A DNA stretch of 63,103 nt, the filler included, from Octopus bimaculoides (lineage: Eukaryota): the NCBI RefSeq assembly GCF_001194135.2. It is 7 parts of 5 records of this genome, joined end to end, with 100 filler letters (N's around TTAATTAATTAA, not from the genome) between each part and the next. Parts side by side here need not be neighbours in the genome. Positions count along the whole stretch, not along the records: positions 1 to 24,539 come from NC_069000.1; positions 24,640 to 38,669 come from NC_068999.1; 5 more parts are not named here. One strand, 5' to 3'. Below, in pieces: positions 13,422 through 25,671 of the stretch. Position 1 is the first letter of the stretch. Each line of letters begins with the position of its first letter. A program made the translations under genes and the position numbers. The notes under the pieces were generated by a model. That model did not search any database. It saw nothing but the letters and a program-made list of their open reading frames with translations, and was not told the DNA's origin.

Positions 13422-14149
13422 GCTGTGGTGTAGTNNNNNNNNNNNNNNNNNNNNNNNNNNNNNNNNNNNNNNNNNNNNNNNNNNNNNNNNNNNNNNNNNN
13501 NNNNNNNNNNNNNNNNNNNNNNNNNNNNNNNNNNNNNNNNNNNNNNNNNNNNNNNNNNNNNNNNNNNNNNNNNNNNNNNNNNNNNNNNNNNNNNNNNNNN
13601 NNNNNNNNNNNNNNNNNNNNNNNNNNNNNNNNNNNNNNNNNNNNNNNNNNNNNNNNNNNNNNNNNNNNNNNNNNNNNNNNNNNNNNNNNNNNNNNNNNNN
13701 NNNNNNNNNNNNNNNNNNNNNNNNNNNNNNNNNNNNNNNNNNNNNNNNNNNNNNNNATATATATATATATATACACACACACACCACAGCCTCATGTGGC
13801 ATTTACTTTGTTCCAGCCTGGTCGCTGAAGCACGCGACCAGTCAATAATATTTTTACTGATTTCTTGTAAGACAGCTAAGTCGTCTAGTCTTTGAATAAG
13901 TCCTGGGGTCAATTTCTGCGACTAAAAAAAAACCCATTAAGGTGATGCTCCAGCATGGCTGCAGTCAAATGACTGAAACAAATAAAAGAATATAAAAGAG
14001 GAAAAAAAAATCCAAAATCTATTCTAGATGTTTCCTGTGTCATTGAGTCTCTCTCGGTGTGTCCATTGTTGATGTCTCTGATTGTCTGATATTAACCTTT
14101 TGTCTGTCTATTCTCTTCTTCCAGGTAAGTACAGATACAATAAACAAAA

Positions 14150-15225
14150 TATCGGTAAGGTGGCTTCCATATTTTTTCACTCAATGTTGTCGTATGCTGC
14201 TTTCAATGTCTCTGTAGTTTGCTTCGTTAGAAACTTGAATGAGCTTCTTATCATTTTTATGTTTCATACTGAAGAACAAACTGGTCGTTCTCTCTCTCTC
14301 TCATTGATTTCAAAAAGAACTTAAAAGACTCATAAGCACAGCACAACATTATTCCAGACCAAAATCAATTTGGTATCTTATATCTTATATTCTTTTTTTT
14401 TTCACTTGATGTCGTATGCTGCTTTCAATATCTTCATGGTTTGCGTCTTCCAAAATTCGGACAAGCTTCTTATTTTTGTTTCTTGCCAGGGGGCAAATTG
14501 GTCGTTATCTCTCACTGACTTCGAAAAGAACTTATTAAAAAAAAATCATTGACACAGCACATGTTATTCCAGACCAAATCAATTTGGTTAACTTCATCAT
14601 CATCATCATAATCATCATTTAATGCCCGTTGTTCATGCTGGCATAGGTTGGACAGTTTGACCTGAGCTGGTAAGCTGAGGGGATGCACCACACTCCAGTC
14701 TGATTTGGCATGGTTTGCTATGGCTGGATGCCCTTCCTAACACCAAACACTTTGAGAGTACAATCAGTGCTTTTGATTGCCACCAGGATGGGTGCCATCT
14801 GTGTGACACCAGTATTTGCCACGGCTACAATTTCACTTGGCTTGATGGGTCTTTTTCTCAAGCACGGCATATTGCCAAAGATCTCAGTCATTTGTCATTG
14901 CCTCTGTGAGGCCCGCTTTGCTGTTTCCAAAATTCAAAGAAATTTTTTATGTTATGCTTCATCCTGAGATACAGACTGGTCCATTCTCTCTCATCCATCT
15001 CAAAGGACTTGTGAAAGAAAACCACAGGCATTGCACCACCTATCCACTCCTCACCAAACCAAATTGGTAGCTTCCTTATTTTTTCTTCCCATGTCGTTGC
15101 TTCCAGTCTCTTTGTGATTTGTATCTTCTAAAATTTCAACAAGCTTCTTATAATTTTTATGTTTCTTGCTCATGAGGGACAGTCTGGTTTCACTTTCTCA
15201 TCAATCTCAAGCACCTTTGAAAGCC
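14150..15225. repeat. Diverged ~215-bp tandem repeat, about four units, split by an inserted (ATG)n-tailed repeat at 14598-14912
   Basis: Recurring blocks TGTCGTATGCTGCTTTCAAT, AAGCTTCTTAT..TTTTTATGTTTC, CTGGTC.TTCTCTCTC and TTCCAGACCAAA.TCAATTTGGT. Confidence 0.7.
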
Positions 15226-15779
15226 CAAGTTACAGCACCACTTATTCCCCCAGACAAAGCCAGTTTAAAAATAAATGAAAAAAATAAAGCAGGTAAAATA
15301 AAATGATGGAAATAGTAATTAGAGACCAAATCACCATTCCTATAATTCTTTCCATCCCTTTTCTCCATTATTCCTGGGAGGGTTATGTGAATAAAGTCTT
15401 CCATAGGTACCTATCAGAAGCTACCAATAGAATAAGTACTAGCCTTACAAAGAATAAGTCCTGGGGTCGAATTGTTCGACTAAAGGCGGTGCTCCAGCAT
15501 GGCTGCAGTCAATTGACTGAAACAAGTAAAAGTATAAAAACATAGTCACCTGAGCACTGACCAGTAGAGCCCTTCGTCCATCTAGCAGTTGACCTGTGTG
15601 GACAGTTAAACCTGCAAATAACATACATAAACCAGCAATGAGATGATCACGGCTCATCCAGCAGTGGTTCCACAACGCCTTAATGGTATTGAATGGAATG
15701 GCTGCTAAAAGACTTTAATATATCTGAAGATAATGGCACCAGGAATTATTCCTGTCTTGTGGATTTCTTTAGTTTAGCC

Positions 15780-16270
15780 ATTTAGCATTTACACCAGCCA
15801 TATCTGGCCTAAAATTTTTATCTGGTTTGTGTTCAAACTGACCGGATCTGATCTCACACCTACCCTACAATGTCATTCTGAAAAATAAAGTTACATCATA
15901 AAAATCTTGTAGCTGTATTAGATTGTGGTTTAATTTTGTAGCATTTAAGCTGACCATATCCAACCCAAATGTTCAAACCAGCCAGATTTGGCCTTTCACG
16001 CTTACCCTACAATGTCATTCTAAAAATAAACAACCACGCTATTGAAGTCTTGAAGTTATATTAGATTGTGGTTTCATTTTTGTAGCATTTAAGCTGACCA
16101 TGTCCAGCCCAAATGTTCTACATGTTTTATGTTCAAACACATACCCTACAATGTCATTCTAAAAATAAACAATTACATCATTGCAATCTTGACACTTTAA
16201 CATTTAAAGCAGTCATGTCCAGCCCAAATATCTCATCTGTTTTATGTTCAAACTGGTCAGATCTGGCTTC
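15780..16270 (+). repeat. About four tandem partial copies of the TTAA-MITE
   Basis: ACCCTACAATGTCATTCT.AAAATAAA occurs three times and TAGCATTTAAGCTGACCAT-like blocks four times; matches 885-1010. Confidence 0.7.
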
Positions 16271-16738
16271 TCCCCTCAACTGGTGGGGGAATCATTTTAC
16301 TATTTCATTTTTTGTTTTTTATGTTTTCTTTTTCTTATTGCTCTCATTGATGTTATTCTCTGTTCTAGCATGGGTTTGATGGATATGCAAATATTTGTTT
16401 TATTTGCATGGTTAATTGAAAACTTCTGTATTTTTTTACTGCTGAATGATCTTCTTAATGTCAATCCTTTTTTTTTTTTACCTTGGCAAACTAAAAGTGG
16501 TGATACTTCATTGTCTTCTTCTTCATTAACTGAATTAGTAATAATTAATAATAATGTATTATATTGAGATGTTGATGATGATGATGGTGATGATTTCTAT
16601 TATTGGCATAAGACCAATAAGAGATTTGTAAGGGGAGGGGCAGGCTTTTGGATGAAATCAATACCAAATACTTGGTCTGTTTTATTTGATTGATTTCAAG
16701 CTAAACAGAAAGCTATATCAATCGCAACTGGTTTTATA

Positions 16739-16805
<67 letters not shown>

Positions 16806-17035
16806 NNNNNNNNNNNNNNNNNNNNNNNNNNNNNNNNNNNNNNNNNNNNNNNNNNNNNNNNNNNNNNNNNNNNNNNNNNNNNNNNNNNNNNNNNNNNNNN
16901 NNNNNNNNNNNNNNNNNNNNNNNNNNNNNNNNNNNNNNNNNNNNNNNNNNNNNNNNNNNNNNNNNNNNNNNNNNNNNNNNNNNNNNNNNNNNNNNNNNNN
17001 NNNNNNNNNNNNNNNNNNNNNNNNNNNNNNNNNNN

Positions 17036-17102
<67 letters not shown>

Positions 17103-17261
17103 GCAGGGGTGACTGTGTGGTAAGAAGCTTGCTTCCCAACCACATGGTTCTGGGTTCAGTCCCACTGCATGCCACCTTTGGCAAGTGTCTTCTACTGTAA
17201 GTCTCAGGTCAACCAAAGCCTTGTAAGTGAATTTGGTAGACGGAAACTGAAAGAAGCCCAT

Positions 17262-17305
<44 letters not shown>

Positions 17306-17739
17306 TATATATTTGTGTGTGTTTGTTTTTGGCTCTGGTTTTGTCCCACCACCACCATCACCACCACCACTGCTTAACAACCATTGTTAGTGTGTTTACA
17401 TCCCTGTAACTTAACTGTTTGGCAAAAGGAAACCAATAGTATAAGTGCTAGGTTTTGAAAAAATAAGTCTTGAGGTCAATTTATTCAATTAAAAACCCTT
17501 CAAAGCAGTGTTCCAGCATGGCCACATTCAAATGTCTAAAGTAAAAGAAAAGAATATATATAGGCGCAGGAGTGGCTGTGTGGTAAGAAGCTTGCTTCCC
17601 AACCACATGGTTCCAGGTTCAGTCCCACTGTATGGCACCTTGGGCAAGTGTCTTCTACTATAGCCTTGGGTCGACCAAAACCTTGTGAGTGTATATGGTA
17701 GATGGAAACTGAAAGAAGCCCGTCGTATATATCTATATA

Positions 17740-17840
<101 letters not shown>

Positions 17841-17848
17841 AAGGAGGG

Positions 17849-18025
17849 ATGATCACTAAGTGGACATCTGATATGCTAGAAAGAGGTCATCAACGACCCA
17901 ACCACAAAGAAAATAATGTTTTCTAGAAATTTTTCTCTAGAATTTTTTCTAGAGAACATTATTTTTTTGTGGTTCGGTCGTTGATGACCTCTTTCTAGCA
18001 TATCGGATGTCCACTTAGTGGTCAT
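17849..18025. repeat. 177-bp foldback palindrome (MITE-like)
   Basis: Arms ATGATCACTAAGTGGACATCTGATATGCTAGAAAGAGGTCATCAACGACC...ATAATGTTTTCTAGA and its reverse complement, ~80 bp each with about five differences. Confidence 0.9.
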
Positions 18026-18465
18026 AATGGGTGTGGTGATGGGGGTTACATTGGGTCCTAGTCATCTCCATATCTGACCCTTTTCTTTCATGCCCCCCTA
18101 CTCACTGTACCTTACTCTGTCTGTGCCACAAAGGACAGGATTTGTTCAATCTTTACTCAATCCATTCCATCATTCAAGCTCTCACCCCCTCCCACCATGC
18201 CCACCACCATCACACCCTCTCTTCCATCTTATTTCTTTTATCAATCTACTTCTCTTCCCCCAACATGTTCTTACTAAATTATCAAAATAATTTTGTCCTA
18301 AATCAATCTGTTTAACATAACATTTACAATTCCTTAAGTAATAATTATAATAATTAATAGTAATTATAATAATTACTCGTAATTAATAACAATTATAAAA
18401 GATTTGTTTTCAACAAATCATACAATACTCCAAGTATCATCATCATCATCACTGTCACCACCACC

Positions 18466-18499
<34 letters not shown>

Positions 18500-20504
18500 T
18501 CATTTAACATCCATTTTCCATGCTGGCATGGATTGGATGGTTTGACAAGGTCTGGCAAGTTACAGAGCTCCACTGCAAGCTTCGGCACAGTTTCTATGGC
18601 TGGATGCTCTTCCATACACCAACCACTTTACTGTCTGAGTTGGGAGCTTTTGTGTGTACCACCAGCACTAGAGGTGGCACAAAATATCGGGAAAGGGAAA
18701 AATCCCCGTGACTAAGTGCCTGCAAAATATGAGCATCACAAAGTGGGGAGTGTGACACTGTGCCAGGTGGCAAGAGGCTAAAATGTAATGGTGGGTCAAG
18801 AACAGGTGACCTGCTATAAAGGAGATACAAGGGTGCCTCACATTATAAGGGTGAGTAGTAGTGATTGAGAATAGCATGGAGATAAAGATGAAAGACGGTA
18901 GTGATGATGTGTGGTAAGAAGCTTGCTTCCCAACCACAGGGTTCTGGGTTCAGTCCCACTGTGTGCCACGTCATGCAAGAGTCTTTTACTATAGTGTCAG
19001 ACCAACCAAAGACTCGTGTGTGGATTTGGTAGATGGAACCTGAAAGAAACCCTTTGTATAGATATATATAGTGAAGGGGCATGGCTCACTGGCGGAGGGG
19101 AAAAAACGCAAATTTATTTGCAGATATACTCATCATGTGATATGGGTATATCTGTAAATTCATTAGCATTTTCCCCCCTGCAATGGTATGTTGGCTTTTC
19201 CATTCACTCCTCAATTTNNNNNNNNNNNNNNNNNNNNNNNNNNNNNNNNNNNNNNNNNNNNNNNNNNNNNNNNNNNNNNNNNNNNNNNNNNNNNNNNNNN
19301 NNNNNNNNNNNNNNNNNNNNNNNNNNNNNNNNNNNNNNNNNNNNNNNNNNNNNNNNNNNNNNNNNNNNNNNNNNNNNNNNNNNNNNNNNNNNNNNNNNNN
19401 NNNNNNNNNNNNNNNNNNNNNNNNNNNNNNNNNNNNNNNNNNNNNNNNNNNNNNNNNNNNNNNNNNNNNNNNNNNNNNNNNNNNNNNNNNNNNNNNNNNN
19501 NNNNNNNNNNNNNNNNNNNNNNNNNNNNNNNNNNNNNNNNNNNNNNNNNNNNNNNNNNNNNNNNNNNNNNNNNNNNNNNNNNNNNNNNNNNNNNNNNNNN
19601 NNNNNNNNNNNNNNNNNNNNNNNNNNNNNNNNNNNNNNNNNNNNNNNNNNNNNNNNNNNNNNNNNNNNNNNNNNNNNNNNNNNNNNNNNNNNNNNNNNNN
19701 NNNNNNNNNNNNNNNNNNNNNNNNNNNNNNNNNNNNNNNNNNNNNNNNNNNNNNNNNNNNNATATATATATATATATAAATAAATGTATGTATGTATTTG
19801 TGTGTGTATGTCTTTGTGTCGGTCTCCCCATCACTGCTTGACAGCCGGTGTTGGTGTGTTTATTTCCCCGTAACTTAGTGGTTCGGCAAAAGACAATAAC
19901 AGAATAGGTACTGGGCTTAAAAATTATAAGTCCTGGAGTCGAATTGTTTGCCAGAAATGCTCCAGAGCAGTGCTCCAGCTTGGCTACAATCAAATGATTG
20001 AAACAAGTAAAAGAATTAAAGAATACTGAAAATAATTGTATATTGAGATCCGCCCCATGATTAGAACCTCCACCATCGTCCTTCTTTACTGACCACTATC
20101 ACTCAATCTCCCCTGTGTCACTCTTGATTTCCTTCTATCACTCTCATTTACCATCCCCCATATCTATTCCGATTTCATTACTAGCTATGTCTTATTATAT
20201 TATCACCCATCTGTATTACTATCCTGTCACTCTTGTGTTGTTTTTTTCTATTAAATGTCATTACCAACAAACCAGATGTAGCTGTCACTGTCTCCTTGTT
20301 ACTTACCAGCCACTAGTATCCTGTCACTCTACTCTTCAGTTATTTTCTCTCATCACATTCATCCCCCCCCCTTTCTCTCTCTCTCTCCTCAGCAATCTCA
20401 TCTATTCACACTTTCTACCTTCTCTTCCCCTCCTCTTTTCCTTTTCCACTTCTTCCTCTTTATCTTTGTTGTTATTGCTTGTGTATACATATATAAATAT
20501 ATAT

Positions 20505-20540
<36 letters not shown>

Positions 20541-21272
20541 ACATGGGTATGTATACATTATCAGAGTAAATATATTGGACATTATTCACGTGCTATATTT
20601 CACATGGTTAGCAATATATATGTATATATATATATTTTATTATATGTATTTATTTTTTCCTAGTTAATAATTAACTCGGACAAAATAAATTGGTTAATAG
20701 ATACCAGAGTAACAAAGATCACAAAATAACTGTGGTGTAACTCCTGTTTATGAGGTAGAAACTCCTTGTTATTTTGGGTACTTGAGTATATATAAATTTA
20801 GTAAATGGAGTAAAACGCATATGTTAACTGAATACTTTTATTTCCAACATATGTTTCGAAGATTACAAATTATACCTTCCATAGGAATAGGTGATGTTGA
20901 TAAGAATGTAATCTTCTCTTCAGGGAAATGCATGGAAATCAGCTTAAATGTAAGACATTTTAACTGAATATGAGAACTGTAGTATATATATATGCATATA
21001 TTTTCTGTTGCTGTATACAGCATATATAAAGTATATTTATACATCAACTTCATTTTACGCCAGTGGTTCTCAACTGAGGTTCATATGGCCTCTGAGGGCT
21101 CATGTAAGTCAACCACAAGTACCTACTTAGACAACCCCACACTATGGCTGCAACTTATCCACTGGCGTCACCTACCTGCGAGTTTGTATAATACTTTATG
21201 CATTCATATATGCTGTTGTTGTTGACATTTTTTTTTCATCTAAACCTTTGCGTTTTTGTTTATCCATTTCAG

Positions 21273-21401
21273 ACGCCCACTATTTCCAAAGTATGCCCAT
21301 CCCGCTGAAGGTGTTGTGGCTCCTCTACAATCTCGCTGCCAACACAGCAATTGTAATCACAATATCGTACTGGTCGTACATATTTTTTATGGAACATTCT
21401 A
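21273..21401 (+). CDS. Internal coding exon of a rolling stone (Rost)-like multi-pass membrane protein
   Basis: Acceptor ...ccatttcag at 21271-21272, donor gtaagt at 21402. Translation (D)AHYFQSMPIPLKVLWLLYNLAANTAIVITISYWSYIFFMEHS fits the Rost pattern P..K..W.L.N......T..YW. Phase 1 at both ends; splices in frame to the exon at 23998. Confidence 0.85.
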
Positions 21402-23569
21402 GTAAGTATCATTTCTTCCTTTCCCTATGTCTGCCTCTCTCTCTATCCGCTGTGTATTTGTTGAGAACTGTTGCCCTATGACTTCTGACTGAACGGTTAG
21501 GAGTCGTAGATGTGTTTGTCTGCCATATTTTATAGCACACTATCCAGATTTAATACAGTTGACGAGGAAGTCAGTTATAGATTTTCTAAGGCCTGTGCTC
21601 ATTTGGAAAGTTTGAATCAAGAATCTGCTCACAATATATATGATTCTGGGTTCAGTCCCACTGTGTGGCACCTTAGGCAAGTGTCTTCTACTATAGCCTT
21701 GGGCCGACCAAAGCCTTTTGAGTGGATTTGGTAGGCGGAAACTGAAAGAAGCCCGTCGTATATATGTATATGTATATATATATATGTGTGTGTCTGTTTG
21801 TCCCCCCAACATCGCTTGACAACCGATGCTGGTGTGTTTACGTCCCTGTAACTTAGCAGTTCAGCAAAAGAGACCGATAGAATAAGTACTAGGCTTATAA
21901 AGNNNNNNNNNNNNNNNNNNNNNNNNNNNNNNNNNNNNNNNNNNNNNNNNNNNNNNNNNNNNNNNNNNNNNNNNNNNNNNNNNNNNNNNNNNNNNNNNNN
22001 NNNNNNNNNNNNNNNNNNNNNNNNNNNNNNNNNNNNNNNNNNNNNNNNNNNNNNNNNNNNNNNNNNNNNNNNNNNNNNNNNNNNNNNNNNNNNNNNNNNN
22101 NNNNNNNNNNNNNNNNNNNNNNNNNNNNNNNNNNNNNNNNNNNNNNNNNNNNNNNNNNNNNNNNNNNNNNNNNNNNNNNNNNNNNNNNNNNNNNNNNNNN
22201 NNNNNNNNNNNNNNNNNNNNNNNNNNNNNNNNNNNNNNNNNNNNNNNNNNNNNNNNNNNNNNNNNNNNNNNNNNNNNNNNNNNNNNNNNNNNNNNNNNNN
22301 NNNNNNNNNNNNNNNNNNNNNNNNNNNNNNNNNNNNNNNNNNNNNNNNNNNNNNNNNNNNNNNNNNNNNNNNNNNNNNNNNNNNNNNNNNNNNNNNNNNN
22401 NNNNNNNNNNNNNNNNNNNNNNNNNNNNNNNNNNNNNNNNNNNNNNNNNNNNNNNNNNNNNNNNNNNNNNNNNNNNNNNNNNNNNNNNNNNNNNNNNNNN
22501 NNNNNNNNNNNNNNNNNNNNNNNNNNNNNNNNNNNTATATATATATATATATATATATATGAATACATACACATACACATATATTGATAAATTAAATGCA
22601 CAACCAAAAGAACTACTTATAATTTCATGCTGTTTTGATACTTACACACATACATATACATTTGTGTGTGTGTGTACCTGATAAACACATTTACCAAAGG
22701 TGCCTGCAAGTAGGAATCGAACCGGGACTACCTGATTACAAAAGGAACTCATCAACCGCCCTCCCATACTAAAAACATCCAAATGTAACAAATGCTATTT
22801 TTCACCTGTCAATAACCCAAATAACCACACCTCAGTTACAACCTCATTGGCTGATACAATACTATGGCCCCGCCTCCTATGAAGCAATGACTTTGATGTT
22901 TACAATCAAATTTATCTCCTCCATTGTAGATTTGTTCTGTTTCTCCTTTGAAGCCTTTTTTTCTCCCCAAGGTTTAATTGCTGGCCGTTTGTTGTTTCTC
23001 CGAGAAATGTTTTCATGTTTCTCCTTCTTGTAATGTATTGATGCTTTATGAATATAATTACTTAGCATTTATTGATTTAGTTGACAGATATTGATAATTT
23101 GGTCTGACAACGAAAATCCTGGCATTGATGTGTGGAGGTGTATAAATAAATTAAGACAGAATCTAAACAACACAGTTTCTGTTCAGATGCTTACAAGCTT
23201 GACAGTCTAATGGGACACACAGCGCATGTAATTATAGGGAAATGTACGTGCGCGTGGGTGCTTGCCTGAATACTTGACTATACTACCTACCTACCTACAC
23301 TACACACACACAGCAGCAGCATCATCAGTATCATGTTTTAACGTCTGTTTTCCATGCTGGCATGGGTTGGATGGTCTGACCAGGGCTGGGGAGCTGGGGT
23401 GTGGAACCAGGTTCCACTCTGATATGACATGGTTTCTACAGCTTGAAGCCTTTCATAAAGCTAACCATTTTACGCGGTGTGCTGGGTGCTTTTCTGTGGC
23501 ACCCGATGGGTGCTTTTATGTGGCACGGGCACTTTTGTGTGACACCATGTGGGTGCTTTTACATGGCAT

Positions 23570-23925
23570 CACACAACTGCTTTTACGTGCCACTTCACGA
23601 GTACTTTTATGTGATGCCACACAGGCACTTTTACGCGACACTGCTCAGGCACTTTACAGGCACTCTTATGCGGCACTGCACAGGCACTTTTATGTGACAC
23701 TTCACAGGCACTTTCATGTGACACTTCACAGGCACTTTTATGTGACACTGCACAGGCACTTTTATGTGACACTGCACAGGCACTTTTATGTGACACTTCA
23801 CAGGTACTTTCATGTGACACTTCACAGGCACTTTCATGTGACACTTCACAGGCACTTTTATGTGACACTGCACAGGCACTTTTATGCGACACTTCACAGG
23901 CACTTTTTATGTGGCACTTCACAGG
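23570..23925. repeat. 24-bp minisatellite ACTTCACAGGCACTTTTATGTGAC expanded inside an (ATG)n-tailed repeat
   Basis: At least ten consecutive units. Explains the periodic ORFs (LHRHFYVT)n and (ACEVSHKS)n in the track. Confidence 0.9.
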
Positions 23926-23997
23926 TACTTTTCCCCACCACACTCTCTCTTTTTTGTCAATAACTCATCCTCTCTCTCTCTCTCTCTCTTCCCACAG

Positions 23998-24476
23998 AGT
24001 TCCTAATGACCAACATGAGCAAAATGAAACACATGCTAAACACCGTGTACGTCATCCTTGACCTCATGATCGCCTCAAGACCCATCCGTATCTTCCACAT
24101 GCTCTTCCCGGTGATGCTCGGCTCCATCTATGCCATCTTCAACGCCACCTACTTCCTGAACGACGGCACTATCCTGGACGGACGGCACTACGCCTACAAC
24201 GTGCTGAACTGGAATGTGCCAGCCGAGGCCATTGTCACGTGCATCCTTTGCATAGCACAGACCATCTTCAGTCAGATAGTTCTCTACCATTTGGTCGCGG
24301 CGCGCGTCTGGCTGCACTCGAGGTTCTACGAGCCGCACGAGCAGCTTCCCGAACACGACTCGGAGATGCAGAGCATCATGAGCGCCGACTCCACCACGTA
24401 TCTTGCCACCGATTCTCAACTGGACGGCAGTAGCAGCACGGCCGGGGCCATAACAGCGAGCAACAACATCCACTGA
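23998..24476 (+). CDS. Terminal coding exon of the Rost-like membrane protein
   Basis: Polypyrimidine tract + cccacag acceptor ending 23997. Phase-1 junction gives ...EHS-K-FLMTNMSKMKHMLNTVYVILDLMIASRPIRIFHMLFPVMLGSIYAIFNATYF...YAYNVLNW..., matching Rost motifs H..N....LD......R..H......Y..F and Y..L.W. Stop TGA 24474-24476; strongly C/G-ending codon usage. Confidence 0.9.
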
Positions 24477-24539
24477 TGACCAGAAAGCAATGGCGGGAAA
24501 AGAGAGTGAGTGACGGTCTCGCAAAGGGAGGGCGGGTTT

Positions 24540-24639
24540 NNNNNNNNNNNNNNNNNNNNNNNNNNNNNNNNNNNNNNNNNNNNTTAATTAATTAANNNNN
24601 NNNNNNNNNNNNNNNNNNNNNNNNNNNNNNNNNNNNNNN
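24540..24639. other. Artificial scaffold join: 44 N + TTAATTAATTAA + 44 N (linkers also at 38714, 41836, 47330, 51174, 57864)
   Basis: The same 12-mer embedded in N runs six times; it has stop codons in all six frames. Confidence 0.95.
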
Positions 24640-25434
24640 GAAGGGAAATTTCAATAGTGGGAGGCAGGATGGATTGTCAAACATTAGCTGCAATCAAAGT
24701 AACAATTACTATTAACTTGTACTAGAAATTAAACCATTTACAGAAGAATTTGAATTGCAATTGTGAAAATGGTAGAACAAGAAGAAGAAGAAGACAAAAC
24801 AAAAAAATCTCTGGGAATTGTTCAGTGAAGTCTAATGAAAAAATTAACGAATTGGTAAAAGTAAGAAATAAAACGAATGATTAAAAAGAAACAAATGAGA
24901 CGTCACGTTTAAAAAGTTGTCTTTCCTTTACAATTTCGTTTGTCATTCTTATATTTATAAGACGACTCTTTTGTGATCTGGAAACTGTGATCATGAAACG
25001 TCCAGATTACAGCGAGGGTGCGGTGGAGGAGGAGACAGAAAGAAGAGAAATGTTTAGAATATATAATATTCCTGAAAGTATTCAAGGAAATTAGATGTGT
25101 AATTTTCTGTAGATTATTTTGCAATTCCATTCTACTGCTCCACTATCCCGGCATTGACGTGTCTTTGTTATTTCACTGTAGAGTAGTAACTGCAACTCTA
25201 GCGTCCTCCATACTTCACTCAAACAAAAAACAACAGGAACGAAAAAAAAAAAAAAACCATGCTTAAAACAACTCGCATGTCATTTGTTTTTAAAGCTATT
25301 CAAAACCCAGTTTCGGATCTGTATATGTCAGCATCATCTTCATCATTAACATCAATAGCACAATAAAAATAACAATAATAACGATGACAAATAATAATAA
25401 TAATAATAATAATATTAATAATAAAAGCAATAAA

Positions 25435-25502
<68 letters not shown>

Positions 25503-25627
25503 GTTGTTCGATTAGGTTTAATAAAGCCACAGAGGAAAAGACAAGATAANNNNNNNNNNGACAAGATAACTCGATGCAATTATTGTAGATAGACATTGAT
25601 TGATGGAGAACTAAGAGAAAAGAATGT

Positions 25628-25671
<44 letters not shown>

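Noticed and set aside
23570-23925. Regular repeats superficially like a CRISPR array (also 36845-37115)
   Set aside because: Head-to-tail units without unique spacers, eukaryotic context, no cas genes.
23262-23963. 233-aa ORF with LHRHFYVT repeats and overlapping antisense ORFs
   Set aside because: Produced by the 24-bp minisatellite within an intronic repeat; no independent coding evidence.
24075-24524. 149-aa minus-strand ORF
   Set aside because: Antisense shadow of the GC-rich Rost-like exon.
24584-24595. TTAATTAATTAA recurring six times (also 38714, 41836, 47330, 51174, 57864)
   Set aside because: Always embedded in N runs as a 100-bp spacer; a six-frame-stop scaffolding linker, not biology.
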